Source: Octopus sinensis (taxonomy: Eukaryota). Taken from it: DNA of 64,000 nt. The position numbers and the translations under genes are program-made. This document shows positions 39,801 through 53,050 of the stretch, piece by piece. How positions within the stretch are numbered: the first letter of the stretch is position 1; the number at the start of each line of letters is the position of its first letter. The stretch lies in contig NC_043007.1 in the NCBI RefSeq assembly GCF_006345805.1, positions 17,732,001 through 17,796,000 on the forward strand. The letters are read 5' to 3'. The notes beneath the pieces are model-generated. The model was not told the origin of the DNA and searched no databases. It was given only the letters and a program-made list of their open reading frames with translations.

Positions 39801-42800
39801 GGAGAGCTTGTAGCCAGCTTCTATGGACACTCTGAGATTGCTACATGTTTAAAATTTACTAATGATCTCAAGCATCTAATTTCAGTGTCTGGAGATGGGT
39901 AAGAAATTGCTTTTTTTGTTTTGCTTTGGAAAATTGGTCTGACTTTGTTGAAAGAATTTAAAAAAACTTTTGCTTGTTTAACTCATTTAACTTTGACCTC
40001 TGACCATGCTGGATCACAGCCTAAAAAGGTTTGAGTTGTATTCAATCATTTTCACTTGTGGATTCCTTTCATTCCTATTTTACTCTACTGGGACCCCATA
40101 GCCATTTGATGTTTTAAAAAGTCCCATTATATTTTTATAAGAGTTTGTAATTATATGTCTTTGTGTGTGTGTAGTTGTTGGTCTATATGTGTAGCCATCA
40201 GTAAAAGTGCTTAGAATATTTTTAGCACTTACATACATACCTATGAATATACATACACAAAACATATATATCTATAATTATCCCCCCAACATCGCTTGAC
40301 AACCGATGCTGGTGTGTTTACGTCCCCGTAACTTAGCAGTTCGGCAAAAGAACCGTGGTTATACATTATTTATTTTTCAACCTAATTAATTCATCATCAG
40401 TTAACATTCACTTTTCTTTGCTTGCATGAGTTAGAGAGTTTATCAAGGTAGATTTTCTACAGCTGGATGCCCTTTTTGTAACCAACCTTTACCTGTTGTA
40501 ATATTTCTCCATAGCTAGTCATGTTTTTGCACACTATTAGAAATGAACAATCCTGCTTATATGACATTGGCAATTATTTACAAGTATCATGTGATATCAA
40601 ATTGAGAACACACACATGCATGCATGTACACATACACACACACACACAGAGTAGGTTTCTTTCAGTTTCTTATTTCTTTACTGCCCACAAGGGGCTACAC
40701 ACAGAGGGGACAAACAAGAACAGACAAACGGATTAAGTCGATTATATCAACCCCAGTGTGCAACTGGTACTTATTTAATCGACCCTGAAAGAATGAAAAG
40801 CAAAGTCGAGCTCGGTGGAATTTGAACTCAGAATGTAGCGATAGACAAAATACCGCTGAGTATTTTGCCTAGTGTGCTAATGTTTCTGCCAGCTCGCTGC
40901 CTTTAGTTTCTGTCTATCAAATTCACTAACAAAGCTTCATTCAGCCCTGGGCTATAGTGAAAGGCACACATTCAAGGTGTTGCGCACTGGAACTGAAACC
41001 AAACCATGTAGTTGGAAAGCGAACTTCTGAACCACACATAAATATTCATTCCATAGATTCTCTTGAATTTCTGTCAGTGACCAATTTTTCAAAGCCATAT
41101 CTTTTATTATGAGGCTCTGGTTAGCATAGGCAATAGTCATACCATTGGTTCACATCCTTTATTCATTTATAACCTAAAGAGCTCTTTTATTTGCTTCCTG
41201 TTTCAGTTTTGTTTCTTTGTGATGCTTTCTTTCATTATCTATTTCAATCATTTTTTTCACTTGTTGAATTTCTGTGTTGGTAACTATACTTTAAAAAGCT
41301 GATAATAGCATACTACTTTCTGCTATGTGTTTTTCAATTATTTAATATATAAAGTAACTTTATCTAATTTTATCATATGTGAGTTTGTAATTATATGTCT
41401 TTTTGTGTGTGTGTGTGTGTAGTTGTTGGTCTATATGTGTAACCGTCAGTAAAAGTGCTTAAAATATTTTTAGCACTTACATACATGCCTATGAATATAT
41501 ATACACAAAACATATATATCTATAATTATCCGTATGACTTCTATAACAACAACTCTATGTGTATATGTAATATATATATATAAATATATATTGGGACTTC
41601 ACAATAAATTTGATTCTGCTTAGTAATTGTCACATCATCAGTAAATGCTCACCTGTTATTCTTAAAAGTATTAAAAAATAATATTATTACACACACCAGT
41701 GTGTGTGTGTATATAATGGGGATGGCTGGACATGCAAGTGTATGTATAACTGTTTTTGATGTTTATATATTTGGATATGATTTGCTTTGTAATTTTGTAT
41801 TTCAATCTGTGTGAATGTGTGTTTCTTTTTTTTTTATGCATGTCAGTTGAAAAGGTATTCATGTGTATTAAAGAAAATTTATTTGCATCTATTTATGATA
41901 TGACATGTATATTTGTTAATATGTAATATATATATATATAAATGTGTGTGTGTACATGTGCTTGTGTATTTATTTATATGTATGTATATGTTTTTACATT
42001 CTTGGCTCTTGAATCACTTCTGTCAAATATTAAGCGATATTCGGATCTACTTATCATACATGAGGAATTAACCCTGGATGCTAATTCTGTTTGAATTTTC
42101 TGGTATCTGGCTGTTTGATATAGATATTGAAGTTTGCTTAAGACTGAGTGCTTTCTAGATATCTGCCTAGATCTATTAATCCCTTTTACCCGTTGTTATA
42201 ACTAAAGGGGTGCCTAAAAGTTCCTAGCTTTAAGGGTATTGTGAATGGCCAGGTTGGAGGCCCAACCTTCCGAGTTCTTTTGCAGGGCTTAGAAAAACTG
42301 AAGGACCGCTGCAATAAGTGTGTGAATCTGAGGGGGAAACATGTTGAATAGAATCATAATTAACTGATCCTCCTGTATTTTCTTTTACCCAAAGCCAGGA
42401 TCTTTTCAGCACCCCTTGTGTGTGTTTGTGTGTGTATGTATGTATGTATGTATGTATATATATAATAGGTGTAAGAGTGGCTGTGTGGTAAGTAGCTTGC
42501 TTACGAACCACATGGTTCCCGGTTCAGTCCCACTGCGTGGCACCTTGGGCAAATGCCTTCTACTATAGCCTTGGGCCGACCAAATCCTTGTGAATGGATT
42601 TGGTAGATGGAAACTGAAAGAAGCCCATCATATGTATATATATGTGTGTGTGTGCTTGTGTTTGTCGCCCCAAGATCGCTTGACAACCGATGCTGTGTGT
42701 TTATGTCCCTGTAACTTAGTGTTACGGCAAAAGAGACTGATAGAATAAGTACTAGGCTTACAAAGAATAAGTCCCGGGGTCGATTTGCTTGACTAAAAGC

Positions 42801-43908
42801 CAGTGCTCCAGCATGGCCACAGTCAAATGACTGAAACAAGTATAAGATAGTAAAACAGAAAAAGAGAGAATATATATATATATACATGATGATGATGATG
42901 ATATATATATATATATATATAGATGAGTATCTTTGTTTATTTATGTATCACATTTATGTGTTGCTACTTAAGTTTTTCCTACTACCTATGAGATTATGCT
43001 CAGATATTGAAGCATTTTTACAGTTGTTAAGATTGTGTATTCACACACATGCACGATCAATAACCGTTGTATTTACACACACACACATGCACACGTATGA
43101 ATACTATTTGTGCAAATTCCTTTAAGCTGAGTTCCCCCCTACTTCATTTGACATTTTTGGTTTCGAATTTTTGGCACAAGGCCTGCAATTTGGGAGGAGG
43201 GAGTAAGTCAATTACATTAATCCCAATGCTGGACCGGTGCTTATTTTATTAACCCCCAAAAGGCTCAAAGACAAAGTTGTGTTGAAAAAATCCATATCGG
43301 ACTGAAATTATCTCTGGAATTAAATTTTGGCATTTGAGGAAAGAATTATTGTATTTAATAGCATTAAAGACATGTGGGCATATTAGATGCACCCCTATTT
43401 CAGCAGTTCATATTCAGGAAAAGGTGAATGTTAGAGTCTAAATTATCTTATGAGAGGTCCAACTTCACATATGGGATCCGGGGTGATTTTTTTTTTTTTT
43501 TTTTTTTTTGAGACATTTCTGGGGAAGAAAAATGCATCTTAAATGACATCAAACGCAACAATTGCATTTTATTGTTTTTCTTATTCTTTTCAGTTGTATA
43601 TTTGTCTGGCGTCTTTCACCCCATTTAACAAAGCAGATGATGCTGCGGATGGAGGAGAAAGGTAACTTACCTAAAGAAATGTTAAATGGCACCTCTGTTC
43701 CTCTTCAAAGGTAACTATTGATGAAGTTTCTATCCATTGTTGCTTTTTTAGATATCAGTATGAATTTTCTTTTCTTATTGAATAAATCTTATACTAAGAT
43801 TTAAATGTTTGAATGTTAAATCAAATGGCACATACTACTATGTAGTTTCAGTGTTTGACTACTATATTTTCGTATATATATATATATATATATGACTATT
43901 ATATTTTC

Positions 43909-43958
<50 letters not shown>

Positions 43959-46900
43959 GTACATACACACACACGTGCACACATAGTGTGTATATTATTG
44001 TATATGATATAACACACGCACATTAAAATTCTTCAGTTGCTTCTTGTTGTTTAGTTCCATGTCAGCTATGACTGAGCTAACCTGTGATGAAAATATATTC
44101 CAGCTATGATCATTCTATCTTTTTTGTGTTCTGGATTACATTGTCTAATATGGTAAAGCAGGATTTATTTCTAGCAAATCGATTGACCACATAGAAACCC
44201 TTTATGTAGTTCATTAGTTGTCTGTAGGTAGAAGCTTTGAAAACATTTGTGTTAAATTCCAGTGTTTTATGCCTCAACCTTATTTGCATTATTTTTTTCT
44301 GGGAAGTTTTGGCCTTTGTTCCATGGAAATATTATAAGAAACCTAATCCGTTATTTAGTTTTAGCACTGCTTGAGATGAATTGCATCTAAGAGATTGTTG
44401 CTTTGTTGCTTAAGTATATCTTGATGTACCACATATAAGAGTGATCTTGGACAACACTTCCCACTTTGCCCATACAACCTTTACTATTGTGGTATGACAG
44501 TGAAGCTGTGATGAATTGTTTGTTGTCCAGGCTGTTTGATTTGATATGACAGTTGCTGTCACGACTGTTGGCTTGAAACAAAAACAACTTTGAAATCACT
44601 CTTATAAACTTTAGTCTTTCATTCTCATTACAAGGGGTTTGATCTCAATACTATAGCTCATTTATTTTCAGTTTTTAAATCTTCTTGTCTCTTTCTTTGT
44701 ATGTCTATCTGTCCATCTACCTTTCTATCTACCTACCTACCAACCTATCTACCTATCATCTTCATCATCATTTAACATCTGCTTTCCATGCTAGCATGGG
44801 TTGGACAATTTGTCTGAGGTCTGGCGAACCAGATGGCTGCACGATGTTCCAATCTGATATGGCAGAGTTTTTACAGCTGGATGCCCTTCCTAACGCCAAC
44901 CACACCGAGCATGTAGTGTGTGCTTTTACGTATCACAGGCACGAGGGTCAGTCGGGCGGTACTGGCGATGGCCACGCTCAAATGGCAATTTGTCAACCTC
45001 CTTTTTAATCATTACAGCCCCTATCCCCTCCGTAAGAAACAATGCTTATAGGGCCAACTACTACTTTCTCTATCATAATATTCTCCTCCATTTGCAAGTC
45101 TCTGGTATTCCTTGCAAAGTGTGCAGCGTTATAAACCTGGATGACATAACTATTCTAGAGTTACCTTTTGTTTAACAAACTCATTCCACTAATTAACAAC
45201 ACTTAATCACCTTGTACATGTGTATGTGTCTGTTGATACACATGCTTTTCCTACTAACAGATGTTGCAAAGTACTAAAATCAAATATGTTAGATGTTTGC
45301 AAACGTCAGCATTCCAAACATTATTAATTTGCATTGTTTATATATATGTGTGTATGTATATATATATATATATGTGTGTGTATGTATATATATGTGTGTG
45401 TATGTATATATATATGTGTGTGTATGTATATATGTGTGTGTGTGTATGTATATATATATATATATATTGTCTGTGTATCTCAGATTGTTTTTCTGTATCT
45501 TGTCTTTTGACACTGGAGTGATAATATTCTGTTTTGACAATGTTGTTGTTGTTGTTGTTGTTGTTGTTGGAATATAAATCATGTGACTTCATTTCCAGAT
45601 CTCTTCTCAACCCGGTGACACCTATTAGACCAACTTCTCTCACGGAGAGAGACAGCAACGAAATTTTCCCTTTGCAAAGAAATTCTGATTTTGTAACTAG
45701 CAGCCCCTCCAATGGACACGGTAATAGCGTTGCCCCTGTCTTTCTACAAGAATCATTAGGGAAGAATGATACTGTAGAAATGACATCAGGTGGAGGGTTT
45801 GGTACTGTTATTAACCCAGCTAATTATCGTATCAGTATTGGACAGCTTCCTAGTTGGGCAAAGCTTAAGGTAAGTTTGATTTCATTTATAGGACAAGGTT
45901 TACAATTTGTCATGTTATCTCTCAATGTTAGCTAAGTCCTGATGAGATAAAAATAGGTTGCTCTTTGTTTTCAACCACTGTATTAGCTGTGATGCCACTC
46001 CCATAGATTCATACTAGGATTGTCCCAGTTTCTGTCTACCGGTAAAAATTAACACTTCTTTCTCCAAGCCTAGATTTGAAACTGAATCTAAGAGTTCTCG
46101 GTCGTCCAAACCACCACGAACAATAGGCATGAAAAAAAAGGTTTTCTTTGCCCTGTCAAAAAGTGATTGATCATCTCCCTTTGCCCTACGACCTCAGCCA
46201 TGTCAGGTGAAGTTCAAATGGACAGGAGCTGACCTGTTTAGGTACAAACTCTGCTACAGTATGTCTGTCCTTCTAGCTGTCACGATTATTATAAATACGG
46301 TGGTCAACAGACAGAGAAGATGGAGAAAGGCCTAGCAGGCAAACGAGCAAGGTCTACGATGTCAGGTTTTGAATGACCGCAGAGATCCGAGAGAAATGTT
46401 CAAAGTTCCACAGTAGACCACTGATCTCAGATGAACGATGCACACACACACATATTCATTTGACACATCACTTCCACAGATATACCCTGTTTCTATTTCT
46501 GGCAACTCGTAGCAGTTGTCAACATTTTGCATGTAGTGAAGAATTATGTGTACCAACGACAAATTAAGTCTTAACTATGAATCGATTCATCATTTGTTTA
46601 CTTCAAAGGCGTACACATTCCTTTTGCATCTGTTCACCTGATACTCACACATAACCACTACATACCTAACCCACTCATAACACTGAAGCTGTAGTAGATG
46701 ACACTTGCCCAGGTCGCCACATAGCCTGAGACTACATGGTCAGGATGCAAGCTTCTCTATCATGCAGCCATGCCTGCAGTTTTTCTCTATCCATTTTGTA
46801 TGTTGTTCACTTTCCAGGATGTTAGATGTTAGCTATGACAAAACTGAAGTAACGACAGTTTGAGGATGCTAAAAAATCTTCATAGGTCCTTTTCTTGATC

Positions 46901-49900
46901 ATTTGACTTTGAACTTTCCTTAATTTAGTTTTATTTCAGGTCAATCTTCATGCCAGCAATTAGTATGCTTACATACATATCAAGTCAACTTTGCCTGTCA
47001 TCCTTCTGTGGTCAGTACATTAAGTACCAGTCTATGATGGTGGACTAAGCTTTGGATGGAATGCTTTGTGATTTTCGTTTTGGACTCTTTGTGTTCTGAG
47101 TCTAAATCACATCCTTAATCCTTGCCCTGTTTAACATTACCACCTGGTCCTTGAGTGTCCCTAGCAAAGCCCACTTCATTGCAAGCATTCAGACCAGATT
47201 TTTTAGTTTGAAACTATATTCCTCCTTTGATCCCACAAGTCTTGGAGACCCTGTAAAGAGTCCAGGGCACTGTTCTTCTTGTGATTAAGCTATAAAACAA
47301 AGTAAAAATACAATGCATTATACAATATGTGAGGGGGAAAGTATAGTTTTGCTGAGGTTTGTCAAATCATTGCTGCTTCTTGTAGTACTTAAATGAATGT
47401 TTGCAAGCCTTTAGGTCCAATTTGGAATGCAATTAGCAGATGAGAGCTTGACCTAATGAGTGTCTAAGTGCTGCTATGTTGTTTGGTTAAGGAGATATAC
47501 AGCATGACTTGCAGTCACAAGAGTTTATCTTTATGTTCCATGCCATATCTTTTCAGTTGTTGTCTCTCAAATAAATATAGTTTTAGATAAATAGTCTGTT
47601 TATAGTCAATAAACATAGTCTTTATACAGTATTTATGTAGTCTTCATGTGTTATATAATTAAAATGTTTGAAAATGGAGAGATTCAATGGATATTAATTA
47701 ATTGATTTATATCCATTGAATTTCTCCATTTTCAAACTTATTAATAATATTTGATGTTTTGTAATACATTTATTGAAGAAACAACTCTTCAGAATATAAT
47801 AAATTAAACCAAGGTATCTTGGATAAAACTATTCCTATAAGAGGTTTAAATATCTTCATAGTGAATAATAAGTATATATATTATATATATATATATAACT
47901 ACAAAATTTATCATATTTTTATATACCATAAATGTAGTATTTTTTTTTCTTAGACTGTATAGTAAGTAGTTTTATATTCATCATCATTTAGTGTCTGTCT
48001 TCTGCCATATATTATCATTTAGTCTATAAATATGTTAGATTAACGTATAGAAATTGTTGTTTTAGAATGTTACTGTAGTTTCTTCTATTATGTTCTTTAG
48101 ACTGACAACCAGGGCGTAATATCTGTAGAAGAACCTCAAAGCCCTACTCAACCACGTGGAAGATGGGCTCAGAGAATAGACAATAAGTCTATGAAGTCAG
48201 TACTGGATAACAACCAGAATATAGATTCATCAGAAATGAAAGGTAAGATTTTGGCCTTTGAACAGAAAAATTTCTGTGTGTTATTGCAATTTATTTCAAC
48301 TTGGTCCTTTCGATAAACCATTCCATAGTTTACTGTTCTGCTCTTATTACATGGGTTACATAGATCTCATAGCATCTTGCCACTCATTATGGTTCTTCGT
48401 CATCCGACACACTCCACAACAAAATAAACTTTTTTACTGTGTGTGTGTCAGGGTGTTTTTGTAACAATATGTCCTTGTAATCATTTTACCATGCTGCCAT
48501 GCAATAAGGAAGATTACCTGTGACAAGATCAAAATGTTCTCCCTATTCATTTTCCATTTATTATGCCTTTCTTGAGCTTAGTTTTTACAGCTGGATACCC
48601 TTCCTATCACCAGCCATATTGCAATGTGGCCTGAGTGCATTTTATTGGGTCACAAACCCTATCATCACATCCACTTTTCATCCACCCTATCGTCACATCC
48701 ACTTTTCTGTGCCTGTATGGTTTGCATGAGATATATGAGGCTGTGTTTTTACAACCAGATGTCTTCATATGGACCTGTGGGGTTACAGTGTACCTATTCC
48801 CAAAACCCCCAATATACACAAAGTAATACTAACTACTGTGTATCCTGCTACATTACCATCATCATCATCCCCACTTAATGCCCATTTTCTATACTGGCAT
48901 GGGGAGCTGACAAACCAGAGAACTGTGTTACAATGTGTTCTGGTATGGTTTCTATAGCTGGAAGCCCTTGCTAAAGCCAACCACTTTACAGAGTGTACTG
49001 GGTGCTTTTTATGTGGCACCAGCATCAGTGAGATGACCAAGTAACCCACAAAACAAGACCCCCTCAACTGAGAAGCAGAGTAGTATTGAGTGAGGTGGTT
49101 CTATTTCAGGTGATGAGAGGTTAAAGTATGACTGAAGGACAGAAACGGGAGTCTTGCTGGAGAGGAGATACATGGCTACTTCAGTTGGAAAAGAGAAAGG
49201 AGAGAGAGAGAGAGATGGTAGTGAAGATGTGTTAGGCATCTTCTCAAGTTACCCGAAGGTTAATGTAAGTGGTACAGAGGCTAGGACAGGGTGGGTGGGT
49301 AGGTAAGTTTATTTTAATTTGTGTGTAAACTGTAAAGACTACAAATTGAGTGGAAGACGTTGACTTCACACATTTCTTTGATCTTCAAACAAGATTTGAG
49401 CTGAGAGTTTTATGATTATATTTTTGACAGGATACCGGCAAGTGGCTTATAATACAGATATTGTGTTTGAGGAAGACAGCAGCCAGTCTCAAGTTGATTC
49501 CCAGGTAGATTCCCAGGTGAAATTTTAACCATTCTTAATCTAACCTCACCTATTTGTACTAACTTGTATAAGTTATATAGTAGATGCCAACTATCTAGTC
49601 TTTTGGTTTTAAGGTATCTTCAGCTGTTTTAACCCATTGAATTTTTGCCTTCAGCCCTTTTTCCCCCTTTAAGCACCTATGTATATCAAATATTAAGAAT
49701 TCCTCTTCCTCTGGTAAGATTCTCATTTGGTAATCCCAGCCATTGATCAGTTTTCTCTCAGGACAATTTAACTTTATGGGATTTTCTCTCCCTTGATTTA
49801 GTACAGAAACTAAAATAATTTGGCATATTGAAGTATAAATATTTAAAATTTAATAGTTTTGGTGTGGAATAAAATTTAAGGAAATGTTCAAAGTTCTTGA

Positions 49901-50976
49901 CAAGAGAGAATAGCTATTAGAATGACTGTAATTTTCAGCTTTGTTAACCGTTATTGTGTGATGCTGCTAATAACAGTTTATAGCTTTTGTTACCAAAAAT
50001 AAAAACAGGGTTTTATTTTTGTTATAAGTGCATTTTAAATAAAATATAGATGGCGACATTTATATTTATTAATTTTATTTTAGCTTCTGGGTACCCTTTC
50101 TAAGATTAACCTGTCCCCTTATTGGAGCTGGTGTGTGGTAGTATTACAGATCTTTGTAGTAGAAATCAAAGCTGAATGGATATTTAATAATTTGTAAAAC
50201 TTTATTAACCTGGATCCTGGTGGAAAAATTGAGTAAATCAGTCTGTAGTTGCCATTGAAACTGGAAATGCACATGGCTATGCGTTTTTGAAAGGAAATTT
50301 GATTTTTTTTACATATAAATGTTGCATTCAGAATAGTCAGTCAGTTTGGTGATGGGAAATAATTATTAAAACATACATACATAAGCAACAATTTGAATTT
50401 TTTTTTCTGTCAATAAGCACAACAAACTTGCTAACTGAAAGTGAACTACAAATGCCCTGCACTACAAGAAACTGTGGTATCATTTATGCATATCTGTCTA
50501 CTGTAGTGATCTGGTATTTCTACATAGCAGCAGTAATGTAGCTTTGAAGGAGTTGGCTCTATCCCCTAATATCTAACACCACTAATACTCACTTTGTGTG
50601 TGTGTGTGTATGTTATATAATTTACAAGGGAACAAAAAAATTATGCAATGAAGTTCATATTGTAATTTCTTGTTCCCTTGTCATTTATATAATCTCTTAA
50701 TACACTTTTTACTCAACTGACACTTTTCTCTGAAACACACGTAGTGCATTAGGTTATTAATATCACTATGCCTAAGCTATATATATATGTCACCATGATA
50801 GATCGTTAGCCACTACACACATTTTTTTTCCTCTCCTTGTTTTCTCTGTGTCCCTTGCTGTAGAAGAGCATAGGCTCGAAACGTAAAAGACTTTTTCTAT
50901 TCCTGAGCATTATATTAATACATCTGTTTGTTTTCTACACCACCTGTCTTCGTCTTTTGTTTTTTTCGTAAACTCT

Positions 50977-51062
<86 letters not shown>

Positions 51063-52998
51063 CTCTTGTTCTCCTTTACAAATTATACAAATTTTTTATT
51101 AGTTTGTACAATGTCTTGATACATATGAAGTGGGTGCTGAAAGGCTCATGGCTTTGAGTAAAAGAAAATATAGGAGGATCAGTTAATTATTTTATTCAAC
51201 ATATTCCCCCACTCAGATTCACACACTTGTTGCAGTGGTCCTTCAGTTTTCCTAAGAACTTAGAAAGTTCTGCTTTCATTCAGGTCTTTCACAATATCCT
51301 TAAAACCAGGAACTTTTCAACACCTCTTCGTGTGTGTGTATATATATAATTTTGAAAAGTTTTATGATAAATGTATGCAAGTAAATGTTTCATAAATTAT
51401 TTTGTTGTATATATCACCCCTTATTGTCTACAACACTGCTTGCTAATCCATCCATCAATCCATATTTATTTACCTGTCTAACTATTTCACCATGGTAAAT
51501 ATGTCCTCAATGAGCTACCAGAGTGCCTATTCCCCACGTCATGTCTCTTCATCCATCTTCTATATTGTTCAATTTTCAGGATATTAACTTTTTTTTTTTA
51601 ATTTCATGACACTAATTTTTCATTTTATATTCCCATCCTCCACATTTTACTTTAACTGACTCTAGTGCCACCTAATAACAACAATATTATTGATAAACCA
51701 GAGATGTTTTAAATTAGGAACCTGCACACATTTTGCTAATGATTTAATTAATTAGTATATCATAAACAGTCACAATTAACAGTAGCACAACTGGCTTTCT
51801 CTATCATATAGTCTTTGCTCTATGTCAGTATGGATGTTCAAAATTTATACTTCACTAGTAATATTTTGTTGTCTTTGGGTCAGACAATTTTATAAGTCTG
51901 TTGTTGTCCCTTGCTATATGATAGGAACCATGTTGTTTGTTTTAAATAATAATGTGCTATTGACAAACAAAACCATATTTTTAATCAATTTAATTAAAAT
52001 AGGCATAAGCACAGCTGTCTGCTTCTTAGCCATGTAGTTTCAAGTTCAGTCTCAGCGTATGGCATTCGGTTTGGTATCTTCTGCTATAGCCTTGTGCCAA
52101 CCAAAGTCTCCTGAGTGAATTTGGTTAGCAGAAACTGAAAGAAGTCCATTGTACATATATGCTTGTATACTTATTTTTTTTCATTTGTGCTTCTCCAAGA
52201 ACCACTGAGCTACAAGCAGTAATATCAGCATATCCTCTGTAGACATATTGTCTAGTGGCTTTGTCCTCTTGAAGACATCTAGAATAAGAAACCTCTTATT
52301 TAAAAAAAGCACCTGAACAATGCCTCAATGAAAAGTATGGACAAATGGATGTTAATTGAGTGAATGAATGTTATGATGATGATAATGACTTACAAGGACA
52401 ATTGCTTGTTGAATAAGTAAATTATAAATTTTTGTTATAATTAGAGGTACTGAGTATAATTTTTTTTTAGTTACATATAATTTTCAGTTCTTTGTTTCAA
52501 AATGATATAAATTGAAACAGTTTGGTGTTACTTCTAGTAATTGGTGGGTGTTATATTACATACGTACATATAGACAGACAGGCATAAGAAGGAAATTTCA
52601 AATAACATTCTGGTGGGGTTTTTTGTCTGTAAAAGGTGTTTTTTTTTTAAAAATTAATTATCAATGTATAAACATTCCTAATTCTTAATGACTCACATAC
52701 TTATTACTCAGAATTTCATATGCATGAAAACGTTTGTAATCAATCAGATGTTTGCATTAAGTGAAGAGCCTTGGCTATGTTTGGCTTCAACTGCAGTTCT
52801 CTCTTTGCTACTGATAGGCCATGTAATAAAAGTAGTTGAAGACTATCAATATATATATATATATATGTGTGTGTGTGTATAGACATTACTTCTGCATTGA
52901 GTGTTGTTTCTTTTTATTGATGTGTATATGTGTGCATGTATGTATGTATGTATTGTGTAGTTTGTTTATATCAAAGGATACACACATATGAACATAGG

Positions 52999-53050
<52 letters not shown>

